Positions 12,001-23,989 of a stretch of DNA of 64,000 nucleotides are shown here, one piece after another. Position 1 is the first letter of the stretch, and each line of letters begins with the position of its first letter. The position numbers and the translations under genes were made by a program. The notes under the pieces were generated by a model. It saw only the letters and a list, made by a program, of their open reading frames with translations. It was not told the origin of the DNA and did no database searches. This stretch comes from Thalia democratica (taxonomy: Eukaryota), in contig CBDBBG010000038.1 of NCBI GenBank assembly GCA_965202585.1, positions 1-64,000 of the forward strand, in the 5' to 3' direction.

Positions 12001-14774
12001 CGTTGTATATGAAAAGCAATATACGCCTTATTGATAAAAAATTTTCAGGACAATGTAAAGCGTATCAAATAATAACGGATGCTCATTCGTACGATGAGGC
12101 AGTTGAAAAGTGCGACAATTTGTCTGCAGACCTTCTTGGACCAACCCTTGACGATGTAGATTATGAAAAGTTTGTTTTAAAACACTTTGCTAACCCTACT
12201 ACTTTTCTAGTTACGTTTTATAAAAAGAAAAAATTGCATTCAAAACGGTGATTGTTTATTTTCTATAACATTAAAAATGTAAACTTATACAACAGGTATT
12301 TGAAGGCTATAACTCAGCACATGAGTGATGAAAACTTCGAGTACACTTACATCTACGGAAAGCCAGAATTGAGCGACACCTTTTTAAACTGGTGTTCAGG
12401 CTTCCCAAAACCTTCCGCCTCTTCGATCTGCTATTTCATCCGCACAAACGACTTCTGCGTTGTTAATTTAGACTGTGAAAGCAAACGGCCGATTGTATGC
12501 GAAGTTGACCGCTTCGAGCTTAGGCCAAGAGAAGAGTCAAACTCATACCAGTTTGCCGACGATGCTTGCAGATCGGTAGAAGGTACCCTGATGTCTACGA
12601 CTTTTTTCATCCCTGCTTATATGCCGTAAGTACTTTAGAGAAGTTATCTTTGTTTTTCTTGTTATTTGCATTGACAAATTTCGGTACTTGAATAGTAGAA
12701 AACGGTAAGTTAAAACATTTTCAAACTGAAATGTTTATTTTTATTAAAGTTCACCTGAGTTGACAAGTCGAGCAAAAATAATAATAAGCCGTATTTTGAA
12801 AATAGTTATATGAACATCTTTAAAATTTTACCACATTCATAGAGAACAATAATAAAAAACAAGGGTTTATGTTGTCACAAAAACATTTTCTCAGGTCAAA
12901 ATAGTTTTGCTAAACTTTTAAAAACTATACAAATAACTAATTTCTAGAGGTAACATTAAGCACTTAAAATCTACATGTATTATACTATACCCAAATTACA
13001 GTCGAATAAAGAAGATCATAGACACATTACCAGGAAGCAAGATGTGGACTGGTTTGCAGCGGCCCGGGTCCGATTATTCCGCAAACGACTTCGTCACCCT
13101 GCCCGACGGTAAAAGAATTCTGATATCTCAAATATCGCAGTTCTGCCGGCGCGAACCCGACAACTTCCAAAGCATTCAGCATTGCGTGGACTACAACCGA
13201 GATCGCGGCTGTTTGAGCGACTTCGGGTGCTACCAATCCTACCAGGCTTCAATCTGCGAAATTGCCGTCTGCTCAGCTCGAGACGCCAAAGTGCCAAATC
13301 TTCCTTACACGAGATGCAGCAGAGGAAGCTGGTACGTTTCAGCTGACAGATCAGAACGACTTGTCTGTTACGCAGGTACAACAACTGTTTCAAATATCGT
13401 TTTAGTATTTTTTACTATCAATTTTGATTCTTCAGATGTTCAGCATTTGTTTTCAGACTTGTATACTACAGTAGAATTATTTTAAGACTAAAAAACATGT
13501 TACTATGTAAATTTTTCTATATCGTTTTTCAACTTAATGTTTTTTAATTTCCGTAATTACTTAAATGACAACTTATAATTTTTTATAATTTAGTACAATT
13601 TAGTAAATATATACACGTTTTCGTAAGTTAATTAGGATAAAAGTAAAGTTAAAAGTTGCTTAAAGCTTTCATGAGTTCATTCATGAGTTTAAAACTTAGA
13701 AAATATATTCAAATAGATAAGTATTGCTACCTAAGCTAAAATAAAAGTCAAACTGAATTAAGACTCAAGTAACAAATTGTATGAGTTTTGTCTACAATTA
13801 TTTGTAATTGGACTATAAATGCAAGAAAATAAGTACCGTTTTGAACTAAAATTATAATAACAGTATAATAAGTGTATTTGCCACAAGCTCATATCAAGTG
13901 CTTTATATAAGCAGTTAAAAGCTTATGATAAAAATTACGCACAAATTCTGCTTGGCTTTTTCAATAAAGACTTTAAGCATGTAGCATTCTGTTTGTACAT
14001 TTGTAGACAAACTACTTATCTAAAAAGAGATTAACTGATCCTTCTTTATATACAATTCATCAACGAAATTACTTTATAAAACAGGATTTGACATCAAACT
14101 GACAACGGAAAAAGGAAGTTGGGAAGAAACAAGAGACATGTGCGAAGATATGGGAGGTCAACTGGTCCACAACACTTTGAAGAGATACGTTGGAAAACTT
14201 CGTACATCGTATAAGGAGTAAGTAGCTAAAGAATTTACTCAAGTTAAGTTGTGTATTGCTACTGAGCAAGTGTAATGAACAAGTTTTTAAAATTTGGTAT
14301 TATCCATTCAAGCTCATTAGATTGATTATTTTTATAAATCTTTTGATAAAACGTGTTTTGGACGTGGAATAAAACATGACACTTTAAATTTTTTTTTACC
14401 ATTTCAAAATCTCATTGAGCATAAGTTTTTTCTACAATAATAAAATCTTAAATTAAATATTGAAAAATAAAAATTTTGAAATTTTTCACTTATTCAGTTT
14501 GGTGGAAGAAGCGATTGACAGCAACGATGTTTGGATCGGATGCCAGCGGGCCAAGGACAAAACTTTGAACAGCGAGTTCCAACTGTTGAACGGCGAATAT
14601 TTGTTCGCTTCCCGCGCAAACCCGTTTGAACAGCTGCTCTACTATTGGTCGGCTTCAGTGCCACGTGACACCGAGCTCGATCAAGCCGTTGTCATAAGGC
14701 ACGAGAAAAAAGCGCTCGAAAACTTGCCCAAGTCACAAGAACTTTACGGGCTTTGTGAAATTGGACATTATTGA
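6067..14774 (+). CDS. Multi-exon gene, copy A: 15 Sushi/CCP modules + 3 C-type-lectin-like domains, no C-terminal TM segment, 5' end uncertain
   Basis: Manually spliced GT-AG exons forming one open frame: 6067-6267, 6325-6618, 7003-7215, 7425-7628, 7690-7896, 8131-8331, 8430-8600, 8767-8955, 9016-9237, 9348-9542, 9951-10172, 10283-10486, 10594-10863, 10968-11165, 11732-11980 (one CCP each, C-x-x-P...Y-x-C-x-x-G...C...W...C, all phase 1-1). Lectin exons follow at 12049-12169, 12296-12625, 13002-13375, 14085-14217 and 14498-14774 (A..C......L, W.G, C....C.......CE patterns). A possible 9-nt micro-exon lies at 5958-5966. Confidence 0.92.
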
Positions 14775-17700
14775 TTTATTCTGTTTTTATTTTTTCTATA
14801 AGTTAGTTTTTTCTATAAAATTCAAGCTTGTATCAAATGATTTCTTCTAAAATTGTATAAGATTAAAATTTTAAATTTAGATTTTATAACGATATTTATC
14901 GTTTATATTTTGTCTAGTAGTATGTTTGATATATTAAGATATGGATAATTCAACAAATTAGAAATATTCTTTTTTATTAAGCTTTGCATTTTGTTAAACT
15001 CCCGAAAACTAAATTTTATTTGTCAAACTTTCAAGTATTGGATTATAACAATTTTATAATTGTGTACTTTGAAAAGTTTCACTTGAAATAAAACTTGTTT
15101 TTTTACTTCGTTGTTTACTTATTATATTTTAGTTTTAAAGGTTTGATTTATAATACTAAAGTTATGGAGTGTATAAAGCAAAATTATATTTTTTAAATAA
15201 TCATAAGTATTTCAAGTTTCTAATATAAACTATAAGCAAATATAAGACTTAAAATAGTTTTCTTAAGGACGCTACAGTTTAAAATAAAAAAGACTATTTT
15301 TTATAATCAAATTTACCCAAGGTAAGTATTAAATTTTAATATATGTTTCTTAACATTTTTAAGCTACTTAAAAATGTAGCAGTAAGTAAAGTTTTTGTCT
15401 TAGAAAAACAAAAAAGACCTTGTGAGTAATTTTTGTGACAGTTTGTTTTAACTATGACTTAGCATGTTTAAAAATATCACGAAGCAGCAAATATATATAT
15501 AAATGTAATGAATAAAAACATAAAAAATTAATTGATCTTTTAGGTCAAAAAAAAGCTATGCTGTTTTCTTTAGTCTTAATAAAAAGTGTAATATGTAAAA
15601 AAGCAAAAAAAAAAACTTAAGACTTTTTTAAATTGAATAAAAAATAAAAGTTTCTCTAAATTTATTCGAAACGTTTTGAACTTTATAAATAATAGAAGAG
15701 TAGAAAAATAAGTTGACTTTTAAGATCATGAAATTATTTTTTAATGTTTTGATATAATCGAAACAAAAAACTTATTATCTATAAAGCAAAAATAAACGTT
15801 TAAAATGTTTTTTTAACTGAATACGAACCTTAGGCTCAACTCCTTTATATTATCTCAAAAATGTGTTTAATTTTATAAAGAATACCCATGTAATAAAAAT
15901 AGATGGGCTCTTATATACAAAAAAATGTAGTTTTTGTTTAATCTTAAAAAAATTTATTATACCTATGAAGTTAGATTATTAAGTTTGTTATCTAAACTTT
16001 TTATAAATCATAAGCTCAATTAAGTTTTTTTGAAACGTGTTTATTTTTATAAATATAAACAATTAAAAAATAGTTGAACTTTAGGTCACAAAGTTTTTTT
16101 TGATTACTCTATCTAAAAAAATTTGGTACTGAAAAACCAAGAAGTTTGAGCAAGATCTTGTTTGTTAAAATTGAAAAAAATTATAAGTGTAACAGATTAA
16201 ATTAAAACTGAGTAAAAGTTAAAAAAAAGTTTTCAAAATGCACGAATATCTAAAAGCTTCTCTTTCCCACTATAATAATATTAAAAGTTGTTTATACTCC
16301 ACCAAGTCGAAAACTACTTAATTTTGTTATAAAATCATGTAAGCTTTTCCTTTTAAAATATAGTTTTACAAAAAAAAATGTTTTTTTATTTTAAGAAAAC
16401 TAATATATCTTTTAAATATTGAAAAATATAAAATACTCGATATGACAACATTCAAGAAAAAAAAATAAATAAATTCATCAATTTTGTTGTCTACAAAATG
16501 TTGAATTGAATTAACAAAATCTTAATTAATGTTTAAAAAAAAGTAAATTTAAACTTATTAATGAAAATATAAGTAATCAAACTAAATAGTAACGCTAAAA
16601 AAAATAAGGAATTTTTCTTACTATGACGAAATATACCGATTGAATAAGCAATTAGCAAGGCCTTATAATCGTTCTACATAATGAAAATATGACAAACAAT
16701 GTTGTCTGCTGTTTTTTTTTTACTTTGAAGTATTTCAAACAACTCATATTGATATTATGAATATTCTTGCAGTACGTTGTAAAAAAGTAGAACGAAAAAT
16801 ATAAATTTGTAAAACTTTACATCGGAAAGCTACGAGAATTAGAATATGGTGTATGTCTAGCTTTTAATGATTTAGTTTCTTAAACTTAGATCGTACATCT
16901 TAGAAAATAATTTAGTTAGTGGAACGTCATATACAATGTTTTTTCTAACAAAAATGCCAGCACGGACCAAAAGTTATTTGATTTCGAAGGAAGAGTTCCA
17001 GAATTAGTTTACTATACCGCCTCAAACCTACGTGAACATAACGTTTTAATAAAAAAAATGTTTTAGATTTAAAACTCTTTATTTCTGGAAATCTAGCAAT
17101 TCTGCTGGAAAGAATTATTTAAGCTTCCCGCCAAATTCTTGCGATTCAAAACGAATATTTACAATCTAAATACTTTAACAAACGCCGACACGTATTAAGA
17201 AAAAAAGAATACTGAGGATTACCTAAGAAGTTCATTGTAACTTTTATAAGATTCATATACAAACTAGTTTTTAAAAAACGACATTTTATTTTTTCGTAAG
17301 ATAAAATAGAAAAACGACTTTTAAGATAGTTATTGAAAAAACTTTTGTCAAATTATATTTATGAGTTATGTGAAAAAAAACATTTATTTTAAGTTTCTAA
17401 CTAAGTTTCGAAAAATAACTGTTAGTATGTTAAATAATGGTTTCAACTGCTGAGCTGACTTTAATAACAAGTTTAGTTGGGTTACAAGTTGTTGAATATT
17501 TTATAACATTTTTTTTTATTACAACGATTATTTTCAGGGAAAAAAAAACTTTTCATTAGTTTTTATATTTTACACTTCAAATTTTATGCTTACTTTGCAA
17601 ATTTTAAGTTGTAACCCAAGACACATTTTACCCAATCTGATTTTTTTCTATAGAAAGTATATTATATTCTTTTTAGTCATTAAAAAACAACAAATTAAAA

Positions 17701-18182
17701 ACTAAAATAAGCGATAGTTTTATAAAACTTATAAATTTTTAAGTTTATTGAAAACGATACAGAAATTGACATTCGGTAATATAGTCAAGGGAACTGATTT
17801 ATGCTTAAATCTTTAAAAATATCAAAGAATTAAATTAATTAATAAACTCTAAAATTTCTTATACTGTTGATAAATGATTAGAAGAATATCTACACAAGTG
17901 ACTTGTTGCATTTGCATAAATATTCTGAGTAACTTTTTATTTCTTTTATAACTGTGTTTCTAAAAGTTGGTATAATAGCTTTTAAGAATTTATTTTACTG
18001 TATAAGTGCTGGTTAAATTTTTTTGTTAAACGTGTTTAAAATGGAATTTCTATAACTTTTTTTTCGGGTAAATCTCAACGCTTATAACATAAAAAAAGTA
18101 TTCAAACTAACAAAGTCATAAAAATAAGTTCATAAAAAAATAAACACAAAACTGTTAAATATTTTTAACAAAATTTATTTTT

Positions 18183-18998
18183 TCACCATTCCTTTATGTT
18201 CTTTTCCGAAGAAACGATTTCACCGTTCGGGGACTCCACCCCGGCTGGAAGCGTCGCCAGGTAAACCGGGGCTTCGGCGCCCTGATCGGGCGTCCTCGAG
18301 GCCTTCTCCCCGCCTAAGTCCGTCTTCACCCACCCGGGGCACACCGCGTTGATTATGACGTCACTACCCTTCAGCTTCCTGGCCCACACGAAGGTGAGCG
18401 CGGACATGCCGACCTTGGAAATTCCGTACGGCTGCTCCAGGAACCCGTCCTCCTTGCAAGTCCCCCTCCGGCAGCTCTCGACGAACTCCTCCATCTTCCC
18501 CGTCAGCTCCTCCTCCGTCAGCGTCTCCCTCCTGAAGAACTTTTGGTTCTCCTCGCTCAACTGCTTGAGGTACATGATGTTCAAAGTGCTGGACACGTTG
18601 ACGATCCTGCCACCCTTCCTCACAATAGGAAACAGGATCCTGCTGATGTCGACGGTTCCAGTGTAGTTCGTCCTCACGCAGTCCTCCGCCTTTTTCACTA
18701 GCGGCGTCGCGTCGGTCGAGTTGTACGCGATGCCCGCGTTGTTCACGATGACGTCGATGCCCCCGTACTGTGACGTCATGAAGCTTTTGAGCCGCTCGAT
18801 GCTCTTGACGTCGCAAACGTCCAATTCGTGGAACTGGGGGTAGAGTCCCTCTCTCTCAAGGGTCTTCACCGCCTCCCTGCCGCGCTGCTCGTTCCTGGAC
18901 AGAATGAAGACGTCCCCGTCGAACTTCTGGCATGGCCCCCTGACGATGGCGAGCCCGATGCCCTTGTTGGAACCCGTTACTATGGCAACATTTGTCAT
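18183..18998 (-). CDS. CBR1: Carbonyl reductase [NADPH] 1-like SDR, intronless, 271 aa, copy A
   Basis: MTNVAIVTGSNKGIG (TGxxxGIG), VNNAGIA, IVNVSS, catalytic YGISK, VCPGWVKTDLG and C-terminal ..EW are collinear with metazoan CBR1. The real start is Met at 18998; the AT-rich upstream part of the listed ORF is not coding-like. AATAAA lies just after the stop. The symbol denotes family-level similarity. Confidence 0.93.
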   Translation of the reverse strand: MTNVAIVTGSNKGIGLAIVRGPCQKFDGDVFILSRNEQRGREAVKTLEREGLYPQFHELDVCDVKSIERLKSFMTSQYGGIDVIVNNAGIAYNSTDATPLVKKAEDCVRTNYTGTVDISRILFPIVRKGGRIVNVSSTLNIMYLKQLSEENQKFFRRETLTEEELTGKMEEFVESCRRGTCKEDGFLEQPYGISKVGMSALTFVWARKLKGSDVIINAVCPGWVKTDLGGEKASRTPDQGAEAPVYLATLPAGVESPNGEIVSSEKNIKEW

Positions 18999-20398
18999 AA
19001 TTTTCTCGTGTTTAAAATTTATCTGTCTTAATTTAATTTTTTTGATATTACATTTATTAATAATAATATTTTCATTATTATCATAGTATGTAATACTAAA
19101 TACTTTTAAAAAAAGAAAAGCAAAGTACATGTTGGAAAAATATATTATTTAACATGTTTTACTAACTAGTATGCTAATTAAATGTTTTATACTATTGCTT
19201 CAAAAAGGAACAAAATTTTCAAAAGTACTGTGAATAGTCAGTTTGACTGTTAAAATATTACATCATATAACTTTTTTATGTAAAGTTACTAATTTTCGCG
19301 CGAATGAAAGTTACTATGAATAAAAATTTGTGCATAAAGCATTGAGTCCAATAAACGTGTAAATAAGTGTTTATACTTAACACATACTATTTATTTAAAT
19401 ATGTAAAATTTTGAAATTTATGCTACAACAAAAAAGAGTTGTTTTATTTTTGTATTAAATATAAATATTAAAACAGTTGTAAATAATTTTGAGATTTGTT
19501 CAGCATAGTTAGTTTGTTTTCAGGCAAAATTGTAATCTAACTGAATTTGTAAGTAATATATGTATTTAATAAAACTTTTTACGAACCGTCTCAATTTTAC
19601 ACACAAAACACTTTGAAAGGTCTTCTGTTTATTTATATAAACATTGTAAATCGTGTTTGAAAAATAAACTACGAACTGATGGTAAAACTAACTAAGTTAA
19701 TTAAGTTTGAATTTTGAACAAAAAAAGCTTAGTTTACTTAACTTAAAAACTTGTAAGTCACTTTCATGTATATTTGTTTACAACTATTGTCAATATATAA
19801 AAATGAAAAGGCAGCACTTGTTGGTTATAAGTAAATAACTTAAAACCAGTGAATGTTGGTGGATCATAAACTAAATGTTATGTTTAGTCTTGCTGTCTGA
19901 AGCCAGATTGTCAGTCAGACTTTTCTATACGCTTTACATTAAGACGGGCCAACACTCTAGGGTTTTTCAAATATATAGTTTTATCATTTATGTTAACTTT
20001 GCGTAACAAAACACAAACTAATTTTTTACTAAAGTAAAGTATTATTAAAAGCTTGTAAACTGGACACTATTTAAATTTGAAAAGTAGATACAAATAAATA
20101 AAAATCAGAGTCAATACGCTCAACGATTTAATTATAAAAAATTGATTTACTTTTTGTAACTAAAAAAATATTCACTTAACTAGTCTAAACGGCAAGTGCA
20201 AAATAAATAAGTTGTGAAATTGCCTAGCTAACCAACTTTCGGTTATAAACGAAATAAAAACAAGCAAGTCGATTAAATTAATGTTTCATCTTTTACTGAT
20301 TCTAAAGAAATTTCTGTTGTAATTAAAAGGTTTTTTTTTTTATCAAAAATTTCTTCACAATTTTCCAACACAAACTACTATACAAATGTTGAAAAATA

Positions 20399-20469
20399 CG
20401 CCACCGGCTGGACTCGATCTCGGTCCACCCGAATGGGAATTTTCGTTTTAACCACTCGACCATCAAGGT
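20399..20469 (-). pseudogene. tRNA-derived SINE head or tRNA pseudogene, copy A
   Basis: Minus strand has A-box-like TGGTCGAGTGG and B-box-like GATCGAGTCC at tRNA-like spacing and ends GGTGGC. The anticodon arm does not fold. Confidence 0.55.
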
Positions 20470-23024
20470 TGTTTTAATTAAATCTTGTAACGATTATATA
20501 CTTAATTTTTATCATCATGTTATGAATATTTGTTACTTTACTATCACATAAAACCCATTAGATAATGAACAATTTTCTCTGATACAAGGAGATTTTTTCA
20601 AATAAGAACTCTTATTTTGTGAAATAAAGCGACATTAAAAAAAAAGTATTTAAGCACAGACTAAACTCCTCTAAGTTAAGCCAGTTAATGTTATTCTTTT
20701 GAAAACTTAATACACATATTTACAATAGGAATTTTTGTATACAATTATTTTTTTTGTTTACAATCATATTCTAAACTGAGAAAACAAAATACTTAATTTT
20801 TATAGTATAAAATAAAAGCCGAAAAAGTGGTTGATGGCTACAGCGAACAAACAACTTTGTGGTTATTGCAATATAAACATATTAATTGAAATACATACTG
20901 AAATATGGAATTACAAGTAAAAACTAAACAGATACTTATTAGTATAACAATTATAATAATATACAGTGTAATTGTTGCTCGACACTTCTTTTACAAATAG
21001 TTAAAGAACATCTTTCTTCAAGTGTTAATTAATAGAATTCTGTCATAAAATTACATTAGCCAATTCACTAACAGTATAAATAACATATAAGTATGTAAAC
21101 TTTCTTTCATTTCAAAATTATTTGTTATGATTCTATTAACAATAATATGAATGTGTTGAAAGCTAAGTTTAGTAGGTTTATCTTAGTTATGGTAATGAAA
21201 ACTTTATTTTAAGGTAGTTATAAAGTTGAATTTTTTAAAAAACTAAACTTATACTTCTTAAACTTATACTTTTCAAAACTTCATACTGAAAAAAAAAGTT
21301 TTGTACAGATGAACTAAAGCTTTGTCAAAGGTTAATAGACTAAAACAGAAACGATTTACTACTTGCGATTTTTTAAAAGCTGAAAATTAGCTTAAGTTAT
21401 GTAGTAAAAACAGTTTGATATAAGTAATTTTTCTTTGATAAAGTTGTTTTTTACCTTGAGACAAATACTTCTAAACAAATAGATAACTTTAAGTGTAAAA
21501 CCAGTACTTAATCAAAAATAAATCAATAGATTTATTCATTTTATTGAATTTTTTTTGAAAACTTGTAATCTAAAATTTAATAAAAATATCAACTTTCATT
21601 GCTTCAAGTTCTTGAACTTTTTGTATTAAACAATTAATCAGCTTGAATTCATACTATATTATTTACAAAATAAAGTAATTTATTTTAGGCAAGTGATACA
21701 GAGTCAATTTTTTAATAATACAGATTATTTTATTTTATTTAATGTTTGAGCAATGTTTTTGTAATATTGATTTTCATAAGGACAATATACTTGTTTTGCA
21801 ATAAACTTAAAACTTTTATAATGTTTGGAAATCTCCTTTGAAAATATTTTTCCGTGGTGAAATAAAAAATTAAAACTAGTCTAATGTTATTTTTTCTTAA
21901 AAATAAATTGCTTTTTAAGCTTATCAATGGAAGAATTTTTTTTAAGAAAGTTTTTAAAGTGAAAATATTGTTAAAAAATATTTTCAAAAAGTTCTATACA
22001 ATAGTAAGTAACTTAAAAAAAACTTATAATGAAAATGCAGTTTGTAAGCTATTAAATAAACTAAGCAAGGAAAAATATGTCTCAAACAATATTATATAAA
22101 TAACAAAACTTTCAATCTTAAGTAATGTTGTACTTTACTAAACTTATTTACCTAGTAACTTTAATTTTTGTTTTAGAACTTTATCGTAAAAGAGATATTG
22201 TTTTAAATAAATTACAAATGAATTAACATTAATGTTAATCAAATATTTTAAACTCTACTTACAAGGAAAATGATTGTAAAAAACTTTTTGATTTTTTTTT
22301 TGTGTTTTGACATTAAAAAATATTTGTAAAATATTTTTGCTGTGTATTAGTAAAAACCGTTAGCTTAAACAACTTTGTTTAACTATTTAATTAAAAATCT
22401 AGAGCATCAATTAAAAACTAAATGTCACAAAGCTAATTTTTTCGTAAAAAATATGTAAAAACTTTTAATGCTCGTTTTGACCTAAAACTACGAAAAAAAT
22501 CGTTTAAAAGGGTGTGATTTTTTTGAAATTTATATTTCTTTATCTTTTTTAATATTAATTTTAGAGTAGAGTATTAGCTATCGTTATTATTATTATCGTT
22601 ATTTTAAGATAAAAAATATTTTACCTTATAGTAAATAAGATTCATACCAAAGATAGTTATACAATGTTATTTAACTTCTAAATTTATAGTTGTTTGAATT
22701 AAGATAACTCAGTTTTAAGAAATATTCTGTTAATTTTCAAAATACTTTTTGATTACGAGAATCTAATAAAAAAAAAACAAAGATTTTATAGTGTAAGCTT
22801 TACGCGGTTAAACTTTACAGATTCGATTTCATTTTAACATTTTTATAAAAAATGAATTAAGTCTCTACTAAATAGTTTTTTGGACCTGGTTTGAAATTGT
22901 AAAGTTTTAAAATTCTGAAGTTGACTCAAGCTTGACAAAGATAAACACAAGTTTGTAAACATTTGGAGGGAAAATTTATAAGAACTGAAGAAACAGGTTT
23001 GTAATTTTATATTATTTATATTTA

Positions 23025-23424
23025 CAGGGTTGCAACTTTACCTGAAAACCTGGAATTTGACAATTTAGGCAACAAAACCTAGAATTAGAGAATTTTTGAA
23101 AAAGTCCTGGAATTTTGAACAAAAATCACTAAAAAACCTGGAATTTTAAACAATTTTTACATGTTAAATAGAAAAATTTTGATTTGACAGAAAAAATTCT
23201 ACCTTATAAAAAAAAGTTTTTTGTCATTATCAAAATTTTTTTTATTAAAAAGAACATTTAAATTAGCTTTACCATATCTTTGCAATATTTTTATACTATT
23301 TAACACATTTTTCACCTCAAACTTAATTTTAAACTAAAAATAGACCCTAAAATGTGTACTTTTAAAAAACTGAAAGAAATTTTGAAAACCTGGAAAGAAT
23401 TTTGAAAAAAAAGTGGCAACCCTG
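23025..23424. mobile_element. 400-bp MITE with CAGGGTTGC(A/C)ACTT TIRs
   Basis: CAGGGTTGCAACTT ... AAGTGGCAACCCTG (13/14 inverted match) with internal AAACCTGGAATTTT repeats. No clean TSD. Decayed relatives occur in every 1.8-kb array unit (first at ~27281..27617) and at 320..438. Confidence 0.85.
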
Positions 23425-23989
23425 AGTTTAAAAAAAATGGTCATGCTTAGCTTTAGGTGAGAACCTTTAGTTCAATATACAGGAAATTCTCAGCTTTATT
23501 TTCAATGATATTCAATTTTATTTTGAAATTTATTCGTATTAACTATTTATATTACTGAATGTAATTTTACCTGGCATTTTTGGTGACTTTTCAACAAAGC
23601 AACTTTTCTAATAACAAGGTTTTTGTATTCTTTTTTGTACTCTAATAACAAAAATTTTATTAAAGTTAGTTTTAATTAAACATCAAAATCAACTTTTTCT
23701 GTGAAATAATTGGTAGTTACCTGGCATGATGTTGCATTAATATCGAACTGAATCTATATATTGAAAATAACCATAGTTTTAGGCTAAATATGACATTTCA
23801 TAAAAAATAGAAAATAAAATCAAACTTCTTATTTTTCATAAAGTAATAAAACTTGATTATGCTATGATGCTATGAGCATGATATTGCTATGATTTAACAT
23901 TATAAATCAATCATATCAATACAATGTTTATTTATTATATCACTATAAATCTATAAAAAGAATTGACTAAATGTTTAGTTTTATTAGTT

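Larger units (their letters stand above)
1..22858 (+). repeat. Segmental duplication, copy A (extends beyond the left edge of the window)
   Basis: Position 1 (tgacctatcaattttacatt) recurs at 37303, and 22858 (aaaaatgaatt) matches the window end at 64000. Gene and repeat order is collinear. Offsets: 37302 at the start, 41120 at CCP exon 1, 41133 at the lectin stop, 41146 at the SDR stop. Confidence 0.97.

Noticed and set aside
6007-14269. Minus-strand and alternative-frame ORFs over the CCP-lectin exons (e.g. 6063..6563, 8985..9245, 13094..13393) and over the SDR (18349..18666, 18364..18816)
   Set aside because: Shadow ORFs of GC-rich exons; no motifs, and they run through introns.
16750-17220. 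Slightly GC-richer stretch with coding-like fragments (KLFDFEGRVPELVYYTASNL; counterpart ~57900-58350)
   Set aside because: Multiple stops and frameshifts and no recognisable motif; at most an unassignable decayed remnant.
18183-18998. Bacterial horizontal transfer or contamination as the source of the GC-rich SDR
   Set aside because: The protein has metazoan CBR1 features (extra helical insertion, CPGWV.TD, terminal W) and sits at the same position in both duplicate blocks with host-like flanks.
18999-19130. N-terminal extension of the SDR ORF (315 aa in the track; 297 aa for copy B)
   Set aside because: AT-rich, differs in frame and length between copies, and has no similarity to CBR1; the true start is MTNVAIVTG.
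20399-20469. Functional tRNA gene
   Set aside because: No foldable anticodon stem or complete acceptor stem; reported only as tRNA-derived.
21739-22099. AT-rich ORFs (also 2393..2599, 24473..24667, 33439..33654, 43921..44127, 56133..56330, 63093..63290)
   Set aside because: Low-complexity K/N/I/F/L-rich translations that are not frame-conserved between duplicate copies.
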